A DNA stretch of 64,000 bases from Pseudobdellovibrionaceae bacterium. Its GTDB lineage: Bacteria > Bdellovibrionota > Bdellovibrionia > Bdellovibrionales > UBA1609. The DNA lies in assembly GCA_023954155.1 (NCBI GenBank), contig JAMLIO010000002.1, positions 130,221-194,220 on the forward strand. The letters are read 5' to 3'. The notes under the pieces are model-generated. The model saw only the letters and a list, made by a program, of their open reading frames with translations. It ran no database searches and had not been told where the DNA came from. How positions within the stretch are numbered: the stretch's first letter is position 1; each line of letters begins with the position of its first letter. Position numbers and translations under genes: made by a program. Shown in pieces: positions 56,522-64,000 of this stretch.

Positions 56522-56682
56522 GCCTCTTGCGCTTGGTCTTTGGGTTGTATTTTTTTATATATGGTCGAAATGCGAGTTCGGCTTGGCGTGCTTTTGCGAA
56601 CGCAAAGGCATGCCAAACGTCACTGTCTGAGCATTTTGAGTATATATAAAAAAATACAACCCAAAGACCAAGCGCAAGAGGC
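56522..56682 (+). repeat. long hairpin repeat element, copy B (same core, 41-bp perfect outer stem)
   Basis: 56522-56562 is the exact reverse complement of 56642-56682. The core 56565-56639 matches 3589-3662. Fills the gap between the convergent LysR and ppsR stop codons. Confidence 0.85.
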
Positions 56683-56685
56683 GGC

Positions 56686-57528
56686 TTAGAATAGAGGATC
56701 CATGCTTTTGCCGAGACGGGCGGCGACGATGCGGGCGACTTCTGCGGCTGTTTCTTCTAAGGCGCGGTCGGTGACGTTGACGATCGGCCAGCGTCTGTTT
56801 TTTTTGAAGATGTCGTTGGCGTAATCTAATTCTTTTTGGATATGATCTAGATTTGCGTATTCGCCGCCTGGGTCTTGGCCGAAGTTTTCTAGGCGTTTGC
56901 GGCGGATCAGGTGAAGTTTGTCTTCGTTAATGGTGAGGCCCACAATCTTTCGTTGATCGACTTCAAAGAGTTCATCTGGCAGTGATGTTCCTAAAACCAG
57001 AGGGATATTTGCAACCTTCCAGCCTTTATGACTTAAAAATATAGAAAGTGGAGTTTTGCTGGTGCGGCTGATACCCACCAAAATGATATCGGCTTTGTCT
57101 AGTTGAGATAAAGTTTTGCCATCATCATGCCTTACAGTAAACTCAATGGCTTCGATGCGTTTAAAATACTTATCATCAACAGTACGTAAAAGTCCTGCTT
57201 GCAAATGTTCGCGTTTTTGCAGATCAAAAAATAAGTCCAATTGCTCTAAGACAGGGCCTAAGAGGTCTACACTGGGTACATTCAAGGATTGAGATAAATT
57301 TTGGATGAGTTCTCGCATGCTTTTGCTCACAAGCGTGTAAACCACAAAACCGTTTTCTTCCTTCACCTCTTCCATCGTGCGTTCGATTTGAGAGGGGCTT
57401 CTGACGTTTTTGACACGAATGATCTTAATGTCTGAGTTATGGTACTGCACAAGAGCGGCCTGTAACATACTCATGGCCGTTTCACCTGTTCCGTCAGAAA
57501 GCACATAGATTTTTTTATTTTGTATCAT
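56686..57528 (-). CDS. ppsR: pyruvate,phosphate dikinase / PEP synthase regulatory protein (kinase-pyrophosphorylase, DUF299)
   Basis: YVLSDGTGETA, RHDDG and ILVGISRTSKTPLSIFLS (P-loop) match the PpsR/YdiA family. Confidence 0.9.
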   Translation of the reverse strand: MIQNKKIYVLSDGTGETAMSMLQAALVQYHNSDIKIIRVKNVRSPSQIERTMEEVKEENGFVVYTLVSKSMRELIQNLSQSLNVPSVDLLGPVLEQLDLFFDLQKREHLQAGLLRTVDDKYFKRIEAIEFTVRHDDGKTLSQLDKADIILVGISRTSKTPLSIFLSHKGWKVANIPLVLGTSLPDELFEVDQRKIVGLTINEDKLHLIRRKRLENFGQDPGGEYANLDHIQKELDYANDIFKKNRRWPIVNVTDRALEETAAEVARIVAARLGKSMDPLF

Positions 57529-58004
57529 AGAGGATCGGGCTCGCAGGTGACGACTTCAAGTTGGAAGTTTTCAAATCGACTTTGTTCAGCCATAAGACCT
57601 TTTAAAAAATCTTCGATCTGATTCGACCCCCAAAATATACGAATAGTATTTAAATTTAACTCTGTGGCCTTTTTATGAAGTTCAACCAACCAGTTTTGTA
57701 ATCCCACATCGACATTCAGAGCTAATATTCCTTTATTGGGGAAAATATTTTGCGTGTACACCAGAACATTGTTTTCAGGTAAAGTCTTCTGATCCGAAAA
57801 TGGCATCTGTTCGTCTTTGATGACTTTTTTTAAAGTGTCAGAGAATGTGGGTTGTTTCTTGTAAACCCAAAGTGTCATTTGGGAAGAGGTGTACCAGTTG
57901 AGTTTTTTAAACCAAGTGCTATGGGGACTAAAAGGAACGGCCCATAGATCTGCTCCTGGTACAAATGTAGAAGCTAGTTGTGAAATCTCATTCAGTTGCC
58001 CCAT
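57525..58004 (-). CDS. hypothetical protein (159 aa)
   Basis: ATGA overlap with ppsR downstream. Its 5' end overlaps the nusB 3' end by 17 nt. No motif recognised. Confidence 0.6.
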   Translation of the reverse strand: MGQLNEISQLASTFVPGADLWAVPFSPHSTWFKKLNWYTSSQMTLWVYKKQPTFSDTLKKVIKDEQMPFSDQKTLPENNVLVYTQNIFPNKGILALNVDVGLQNWLVELHKKATELNLNTIRIFWGSNQIEDFLKGLMAEQSRFENFQLEVVTCEPDPL

Positions 58005-58392
58005 GTTCCTTCCCCCATTGATCAAGCACCCCATTGATGAAGCCTACGGAGTCTTTAGAGCTGTACACTTTTGCCACCTCTAGGTTCTCGTTTATGGCCA
58101 CTTTAAAAGGCGTTAGATTTAGTTTAATCTCTGCGATGGCAATTCTCAACAGAAGAAGATCCACTAGTGCAAGACGTTCAAGTTTCCAGTTATTGGCAAG
58201 GGACGCAATTTGTTGATCAAGATCCTCGCGGTGAGCATGAACATAAGAGGTGACCGCCTGAATGAACTCCCAATTGACGGGTTCGTCTTTAATGAAGTAC
58301 TCGCGAAAGTGCTTTAAGCTTTCATCAAGGGGATTTTGGGTGAACTCTTGTTGAAACAAAATTTTAAGCGTGTTTTCACGCGTGGCACGCAT
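57988..58392 (-). CDS. nusB: transcription antitermination factor NusB
   Basis: MRATRENTLKILFQ..., LERLALVDLLLLRIAIAE. The ATG at 58392 forms a TAATG overlap with the nrdR stop; the ORF track starts at the GTG at 58401. Confidence 0.9.
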   Translation of the reverse strand: MRATRENTLKILFQQEFTQNPLDESLKHFREYFIKDEPVNWEFIQAVTSYVHAHREDLDQQIASLANNWKLERLALVDLLLLRIAIAEIKLNLTPFKVAINENLEVAKVYSSKDSVGFINGVLDQWGKEHGATE

Positions 58393-58847
58393 TAGACCCA
58401 CTTTGGATCTCCACCTAAGGTTTCTACGAATTCGTTCACTTCACGGAAGGTCATATACACGCTAGCAAAACGCACGTAAGCCACTTCGTCGATCTTTTTA
58501 AGTTCAGTCATCACGTAACGACCGACCAAATCGGCGGCGACTTCTTTTTCTCCACGTTGAAGAATTTTATGACTGATCTTTTCAACAATAGTTTCAAGTT
58601 GGGATTGAGCAATAGGACGCTTTTGACAAGCGGCTTGTAAGCCCGCCAAAAGTTTAGTTTTTGAAAAGGCTTCGCGCCGTCCATCTTTTTTGACAATCAT
58701 GGGATAGTTCAGTTCCACAACTTCGTGAGTGGTGACTCTGGATTTGCACTTTTGGCATTCGCGCCGTCTCTTAATGCTATTGCCAGATTTGCTTAATCTT
58801 GTTTCGAGAACTCTTGTATCTTGGTGACCGCAGTAGGGGCAATTCAT
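58392..58847 (-). CDS. nrdR: transcriptional repressor NrdR
   Basis: Zn-ribbon MNCPYCGHQDTRVLETR...CQKC plus an ATP-cone domain. Confidence 0.95.
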   Translation of the reverse strand: MNCPYCGHQDTRVLETRLSKSGNSIKRRRECQKCKSRVTTHEVVELNYPMIVKKDGRREAFSKTKLLAGLQAACQKRPIAQSQLETIVEKISHKILQRGEKEVAADLVGRYVMTELKKIDEVAYVRFASVYMTFREVNEFVETLGGDPKWV

Positions 58848-58938
58848 CTTTCCTGACTCTCCTTAGGTATGGAAAGGTAAAAAGATATTGGCCTGACGTC
58901 AAGGTGACGCTAAGTGCCTTTGGACATAAAATAAAAAT

Positions 58939-59670
58939 ATGCAACACCGATGCTGCAGAACACTTTTAATGACATCTGTTTTTCTGTTGACTTCTGTAGC
59001 AGCGGCCAACGACCCGCATTTTGCAGAAGCACAAAAGTTTTTTTATGAAAGTAAGCAGCTGCAACAAAAAGGCGTTAAGGCGGCACCACCTGCCACAAAA
59101 TATAACATTCCTCCGTCTGCACAAGCTCGATATGCAACTCCAACAAGAGAAGTGGCTCAGCATGAGGCCGCTCCATCACAGATTACCGCTACGGTAGCCC
59201 CACAGCCTCCGCGTAGAACTGCTATCTATTTAAGCTTTATCAATGAAAAGTACGGCGGCACAGATGGAAGCCCCAGTTTAAGAACTAGCCTTGGTTTAGC
59301 CATTCCCATTGTGAATGCTAGTGGGGGGCGAACCAAAGGGGAGTTTGTGCTTTTAAGTGATATTCGAGGGGCCAGTGACTGGGGGCGGGTGCGCTTTTAC
59401 CACCGTGAATCTATAAACATCATTCGTTGGAACTTCACACAACTTGAAGCCTTTGTTGGGGCAGGTTTGGGATATGGCTATGGAGACATGGTAGGGCCCA
59501 GTCAAAAGCTTTTTGCCCCTTGGATGGCGGGGGTGTTCTTTAACCAAATTCATAAAGAGCAACCTGTGTTTTATCGGTTTGAAATAGGTCTTACGGGGGA
59601 CCTCTCTTTTGGCCAAAATGCACATAGTTCTGGCTTTTTTGGAAACATTAGCTTAGGTTACAAACTTTAA
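58939..59670 (+). CDS. hypothetical secreted protein (possible small beta-barrel)
   Basis: Signal peptide (LLMTSVFLLTSVAAAND). The C-terminal half is Gly/aromatic-rich with a beta pattern. Confidence 0.62.
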   Translation: MQHRCCRTLLMTSVFLLTSVAAANDPHFAEAQKFFYESKQLQQKGVKAAPPATKYNIPPSAQARYATPTREVAQHEAAPSQITATVAPQPPRRTAIYLSFINEKYGGTDGSPSLRTSLGLAIPIVNASGGRTKGEFVLLSDIRGASDWGRVRFYHRESINIIRWNFTQLEAFVGAGLGYGYGDMVGPSQKLFAPWMAGVFFNQIHKEQPVFYRFEIGLTGDLSFGQNAHSSGFFGNISLGYKL

Positions 59671-59729
59671 AAATCTGTGAAAATGAAACCCACAAAAGTG
59701 TTTTCGTAAAGTGTTCAAAAGAAGTCAAA

Positions 59730-61181
59730 ATGTCTAAAAAAGTAAAGTCCTCATCACCCAATTCCTCACGCTCCTCGCGATATTCAGGCTCGAAGTCCGC
59801 AAGCTCTTCACGTTCTACTAAGTATTCGAGTTCTAAACCCTCAAACCCTGCGCGTTCCTCTGAACGTTCGGGTTCTAAGTTTGCAAGCACTTCACGATAT
59901 GCGGAGTCTAAACCTTCAGGTCCTTCTCGAGACTTCGGTTCTAAATCCTCAGCGCGTCCTTCGGGGGCAACTAAAACTACTAATGTGGGGTCTGCTAAAA
60001 AGTTTCATCGGCCTTTATTAAAAGAGCTGATTCCTAGTTTGGTACTGGTCTTTGAAGAGAAGAAGCCTGCTTCAAAAGTTTTAGATAATGTTTTTCGTCA
60101 TAATTTAAGATGGGGCAGTCGCGATCGTAAAGTGTTTGCGGAAGTGTTTTATGAGATCATTCGCAAGCGTTATGCTTTAAGTTACGAGGCCCAAGAAAAC
60201 ATCAATGCGTCTTCAGATATTTTGGCCCACTATTATTTGAAAAAAAATGACTACCATGTTCTAGAAGCTCCTGACTTACGAGGACTGGGGCGTGGGGATG
60301 TGAAAAGAGCGCCTCTGTGGATTCGTTACTCGTATTCAGAACGTTTTCACGAAGTGTGTCAGAGCCAGATGACGACTCAACTCAAAGAGTACTATCAGGC
60401 CTCAGAAGAGGTGGCTCCTGTGTTTTTACGTGCTAACACACACCTTACAAGTGTGCAGGAGTTAAAGCGGACTTTAGAAGAAGAGGGCATTGCCACAGAT
60501 AAGGTGCCTGCCTCGACGTCGGCATTAAGGCTGCGAGAAAGACAAAATATATTTAAAAGCCCAGCGTTTAAAAAAGGACTTTTTGAAGTGCAAGATGGGG
60601 GCTCGCAGCTGATTGCGCCTTTTTTACAAGCAGAACCAGGGCAGCGAGTGATAGATGCGTGCGCGGGATCAGGTGGTAAGACACTGCACTTAGCCACCTT
60701 ACTGGGGAACACAGGGAAGGTGTTAGCCTTAGACATTTATGAGTGGAAGCTTGGGGAACTTAAAAAACGCGCCAAAAGAAATTCACTGCAAAATATTGAA
60801 ACACGACTCATTGAGGGGCAAAAGACCATCAAACGTTTAGCAGATTCGGCAGATCGTTTGCTTTTAGATGTGCCGTGCACGGGCTCGGGTGTCTTTAGAC
60901 GTAATCCTGATTCAAAATACCGATGGGAAGCCGAAGACTTTGAGCGGATTTATAATTTGCAAAAAGAAATTTTAAACTCCTATTCTAAAATGTTAAAAGT
61001 GGGCGGCAAGATGGTTTATTCTACGTGCAGTGTTTTTCATTCTGAAAACCAAAAGCAAGTGGAGGCATTTTTAGCTGAAAATCCTGGTTGGGAACTGGAA
61101 GAGACTCGCAGTATTTTTGTGGGTGAGAATGACTTCGATGGCTTTTTTATGGCCAGATTGAAACGAGTGGCCGCTCACTAG
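59730..61181 (+). CDS. RsmB/NOL1/NOP2/Sun-family RNA m5C methyltransferase with Ser/Lys-rich N-terminal extension
   Basis: SAM motif DACAGSGGKT. Catalytic LLDVPCTGSGVFRRNPD and YSTCS. NusB-like domain. The first ~90 aa are a degenerate S/K/R repeat. Confidence 0.88.
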   Translation: MSKKVKSSSPNSSRSSRYSGSKSASSSRSTKYSSSKPSNPARSSERSGSKFASTSRYAESKPSGPSRDFGSKSSARPSGATKTTNVGSAKKFHRPLLKELIPSLVLVFEEKKPASKVLDNVFRHNLRWGSRDRKVFAEVFYEIIRKRYALSYEAQENINASSDILAHYYLKKNDYHVLEAPDLRGLGRGDVKRAPLWIRYSYSERFHEVCQSQMTTQLKEYYQASEEVAPVFLRANTHLTSVQELKRTLEEEGIATDKVPASTSALRLRERQNIFKSPAFKKGLFEVQDGGSQLIAPFLQAEPGQRVIDACAGSGGKTLHLATLLGNTGKVLALDIYEWKLGELKKRAKRNSLQNIETRLIEGQKTIKRLADSADRLLLDVPCTGSGVFRRNPDSKYRWEAEDFERIYNLQKEILNSYSKMLKVGGKMVYSTCSVFHSENQKQVEAFLAENPGWELEETRSIFVGENDFDGFFMARLKRVAAH

Positions 61182-61237
61182 AACAGAGAGACTGCTCACT
61201 AGAATCCAGTATGGCTTAGGTTTCAGAGATCAATGCA

Positions 61238-61283
61238 ACAGCAATTTACAAAAGCAAAAACCCATACGGGTTTTTTAATTGCT
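61238..61283 (+). terminator. compound Rho-independent terminator after the methyltransferase gene
   Basis: Inner stem aaaaaccc / gggttttt (loop ATAC) nested in an outer stem cagcaatt / aattgctg. Confidence 0.7.
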
Positions 61284-61373
61284 GTGCCTTGAGTTTAGAG
61301 ATAGGGGCAGGGTGACACAGCCAGTGACAAGCTCAAAGCAGAGGCGTAAAGTGAGACCCAATAGGAGCCTTAT

Positions 61374-62693
61374 ATGAGTTATGATTTGGTTTTGGAAAAT
61401 GCCGAAGTGTTTTATCAAGGAAAGCTACAAAAGCTTAATATGGGCATTGAGTCGGGGAAGATCAAGACTCTGACTGAAGATGCACTTACGGGAAAAACAA
61501 AACTGAATCTGCAAGGCAAATGGATTTTACCAGGCTTAATTGACAGTCAAGTTCACTTTCGTGAACCAGGTGCCACACATAAAGAAGACTTGCAAACTGG
61601 AACGCTGTCTGCATTAGCGGGTGGAATCACAGCGGTACTTGAGATGCCTAATACCAATCCTTTGACGGTAACTAAAGAAACTTTACAAGAAAAGGTAAAT
61701 CTTGCCAGTCAAAAAGCATGGGTAGATTTTGGGTTTTTTGTGGGTGCTACTCATAACAACATCGACGAGTTACCTCAACTTGAAAAGCTTGAGGGGTGCT
61801 GTGGGGTGAAGATCTTTATGGGCAGTTCTACAGGCTCATTGTTGATGGATGACGATGCCGATCTGGAAAAGGTATTTGCAACGGCTAAGGGCCCTATTGC
61901 GGTTCATTGCGAAGATGAAAAAAGACTTTTGGAAAGAAAACCCATTGCCGAGGTTGCGGGTAATCCCTTAGCGCACCCTGATTGGCGAGATGAAGAGTCT
62001 GCGTTTATTGCGACAGAAAAAGTCGTGAGATTATCAAAAAAATATAATCACCCTGTGCATGTGCTGCATATTTCTTCCAAAAAAGAAATTCTATTTTTGG
62101 CAGAAAATAAAGACGCCAATATCACCGTGGAGTGTACGCCTCAATTTCTGACTTTTGCGGCTCCTGAATGTTATGAAAAGTTAGGAACCTTAGCGCAAAT
62201 GAATCCTCCTGTAAGAGGGGCAGAGCATCGAGAAGCCTTGATTGAGGGCCTAGTGAATGGAACTGTGGATGTGATGGGGTCTGATCATGCTCCTCATACG
62301 CGCGAGGAAAAAGCCAAGCCCTACCCTCAAAGCCCTTCGGGGATGACGGGCGTGCAAACCATTGCCACGGTCATGTTTGGATTTGTGAAGAAAGGGCTAA
62401 TCACTCTGGAAAGATACGTGGACCTTTTATCGACCAAACCTGCACAGATTTATAAACTTCATCAAAGAGGGAGTATCGAGTTAGGGTGGGAAGCCAACCT
62501 TACCGTGATAGACCCCAATGCTGAGATCGAATTTAAACACGAACAGATGCACTCCAAATGTGGTTGGACACCTTTTGATGGGATGACCTTTACGGGTACA
62601 CCAACTGAGGTGATTTTAAGAGGGGAACTGGTCATGGAAAATGGCCAGGTTTTAGGCGGCTCTCGGGGTAAAATGCTGCATTATGACCGATAA
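61374..62693 (+). CDS. pyrC: dihydroorotase
   Basis: AGGAG SD. DSQVHFREPG metal motif, a later GSDHAPH, 439 aa cyclic amidohydrolase. Confidence 0.92.
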   Translation: MSYDLVLENAEVFYQGKLQKLNMGIESGKIKTLTEDALTGKTKLNLQGKWILPGLIDSQVHFREPGATHKEDLQTGTLSALAGGITAVLEMPNTNPLTVTKETLQEKVNLASQKAWVDFGFFVGATHNNIDELPQLEKLEGCCGVKIFMGSSTGSLLMDDDADLEKVFATAKGPIAVHCEDEKRLLERKPIAEVAGNPLAHPDWRDEESAFIATEKVVRLSKKYNHPVHVLHISSKKEILFLAENKDANITVECTPQFLTFAAPECYEKLGTLAQMNPPVRGAEHREALIEGLVNGTVDVMGSDHAPHTREEKAKPYPQSPSGMTGVQTIATVMFGFVKKGLITLERYVDLLSTKPAQIYKLHQRGSIELGWEANLTVIDPNAEIEFKHEQMHSKCGWTPFDGMTFTGTPTEVILRGELVMENGQVLGGSRGKMLHYDR

Positions 62694-62734
62694 ACTCTTG
62701 TGAAACGGTCCATCTGGCGTCACACTATAAGGGT

Positions 62735-63370
62735 ATGAACTTCTGGAATTTACTGCTTGAAAACAACGCCTATCTACTTATTTTTAGTGCCACGGGTTTT
62801 ATCCTGTCGCTGATCTGGTACATCGTATCTGAACGACGCAGAAGAGACCATGTCGAGTCTAAACAGGCCCTCACCGATGAGGCCTCCTTCTTCAGTCAAT
62901 TTGAAGATTTAGAAAATCCAGCGCTGAAAATCCCTGAGTTTCATAACCCCATTCGCTCGTCGCTTCCTCATAGTGTCAGAACGAAAAAGACAGAAGAACG
63001 TATTCAAGATGAAGAGCCCACTCAGGAACCAGAACGCACTCAGGAATCAGAACACACTCATGATGAAGCTTCTGACAAGGCTCACGATGAGCGAGTGCGA
63101 GATGCCATTCTGCGAGCAGAAGCTTTAAAGTTTAAACCTAATGAAATTCCACACGTTGAAGAAGAGGCGGAAGAGGATGTGGACTATCCAGAGCCGTCGC
63201 AAGAGTCTCAAGCGGTAGATGCCAAACCCGCTGTTATTTCAGAGGAGCAAAAGATCAATGCCGCAAGCTCTGAGATGGACCCTCATTATGATGAAGACGA
63301 ACAAAAAGTAAAAGAGTTACTTGAACAAATTAAGAAAGACATGCGTGAGCAGGGAGAGCAAACATCATGA
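62735..63370 (+). CDS. membrane-anchored acidic hypothetical protein
   Basis: N-terminal TM helix (AYLLIFSATGFILSLIWYIV), then a Glu/Asp-rich sequence with TQE(P/S)E(R/H) repeats. Confidence 0.65.
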   Translation: MNFWNLLLENNAYLLIFSATGFILSLIWYIVSERRRRDHVESKQALTDEASFFSQFEDLENPALKIPEFHNPIRSSLPHSVRTKKTEERIQDEEPTQEPERTQESEHTHDEASDKAHDERVRDAILRAEALKFKPNEIPHVEEEAEEDVDYPEPSQESQAVDAKPAVISEEQKINAASSEMDPHYDEDEQKVKELLEQIKKDMREQGEQTS

Positions 63371-64000
63371 CATCATTTAATATTTTGTTGGCATTGTTAG
63401 TCACAATGGTCAGCCCGTTAAGTGCGTGGGCCAGCGTCCAAAGTGTAGAAGAGAAGTATCAGGAATTAGTTTCTGATCCTGAAAGATTGAAGTCTATTGT
63501 TTCTGATAATATTGAAGCCGAAGAACTCCCTCTGGAAGCCTTAACTTATAAAGACTTATATCGTGATATCTCTATTCAACAAAAATGGAACATCCTTGCT
63601 GATTTAGCAACTAAATCTCCTGAGTTTGCAAAAGGCATTTATCTGTCCTGTATTGAATCTACAGATTGGTTGTTAAGAGTCGGGGGCCTTAAGTTTTTAG
63701 CGACTATGGATGCGCAGCTTGCTATTGAACGTGCACAGAAACTTCTTGAGTCAGACAATGCCTTACTGGTTCGTTCTGCAGCAATGGATGTGCTTTTAGA
63801 ATTAGGTGGTGTCACCAGAGTGAAAGACACCCTATGGGCCGCTTTAACTGATAAAAAGAACTTTCATCGTGGAAACAGTTTATGGATTCGTCAAAATATC
63901 GCTAATGCACTTCTGGCGTTTACAGATATGACAGACAACTCTCAGTGGGCCAACTTCCTTGAAGACAAAGATGTCATCGTACAAACTGCAGCGATCAATG
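63367..64000 (+). CDS. secreted HEAT-repeat-like protein (3' truncated by the window edge)
   Basis: ATGA overlap with the previous gene. Signal peptide MTSFNILLALLVTMVSPLSAWA. Open to the window end. HEAT-like LLVRSAAMDVLLELG. Confidence 0.6.
   Translation, partial: MTSFNILLALLVTMVSPLSAWASVQSVEEKYQELVSDPERLKSIVSDNIEAEELPLEALTYKDLYRDISIQQKWNILADLATKSPEFAKGIYLSCIESTDWLLRVGGLKFLATMDAQLAIERAQKLLESDNALLVRSAAMDVLLELGGVTRVKDTLWAALTDKKNFHRGNSLWIRQNIANALLAFTDMTDNSQWANFLEDKDVIVQTAAIN

Noticed and set aside
59648-59890. 80-aa minus-strand ORF (acidic E/R-rich repeat)
   Set aside because: It is the mirror image of the Ser/Lys-rich repeat at the 5' end of the methyltransferase gene and has no start context. 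It is an antisense artefact.

Overview
This 64-kb chromosomal window is moderately AT-rich by eye. It carries about 60 protein genes on both strands and one tRNA-Cys(GCA). I found no rRNA, CRISPR array, transposase or phage gene.

Many genes encode secreted or lipoprotein hydrolases: NlpC/P60, an SLT lytic transglycosylase, an S8 protease, two M16 peptidases and OMPLA. There is also an RRM RNA-binding protein, an ankyrin lipoprotein and an orphan ExbBD pair. This content fits a Bdellovibrio-like predatory bacterium, but that cannot be proven from the sequence alone.

Gene blocks, left to right:
- 0-8 kb: envelope proteins, xerD-like recombinase, XRE regulator, comM/yifB-like ATPase, tRNA-Cys.
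- 8-13.4 kb: CzcCBA-type heavy-metal RND efflux operon with an unusually short His-rich adaptor.
- 13.5-14.6 kb: NYN-domain protein and RRM protein.
- 15-21.3 kb: copper nitrite reductase island (lipoprotein NirK-cytochrome c fusion, nirV, SCO1/SenC, Crp/Fnr regulator, outer-membrane barrel, c-type cytochrome). It is tied together by a repeated TATGAT-N4-ATCATA palindrome.
- 21.7-36.8 kb: mostly uncharacterised secreted or envelope proteins, in two divergent tightly overlapping operons. Recognisable members are SLT, DJ-1/PfpI, a ferritin-like protein and OMPLA.
- 36.8-64 kb: housekeeping genes (exbBD, rpmG, pdxJ, a two-component system, nrnA-like, mgtE, greA, sohB-like, MFS, M16 pair, S8 protease, LysR, ppsR, nusB, nrdR, rsmB-like, pyrC).

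The most unusual signal is a pair of long hairpin elements at 3558-3693 and 56522-56682. They share a near-identical core of about 72 nt with compensatory base-pair changes. Each sits inside a copy-specific, perfectly complementary outer stem of 33 or 41 bp.

Secondary points of interest:
- a five-copy array of about 43-nt repeats upstream of nirK
- the FNR/Dnr-type box regulon
- the truncated metal-efflux adaptor
- the two divergent operons of unknown secreted proteins at 29.4-36.8 kb
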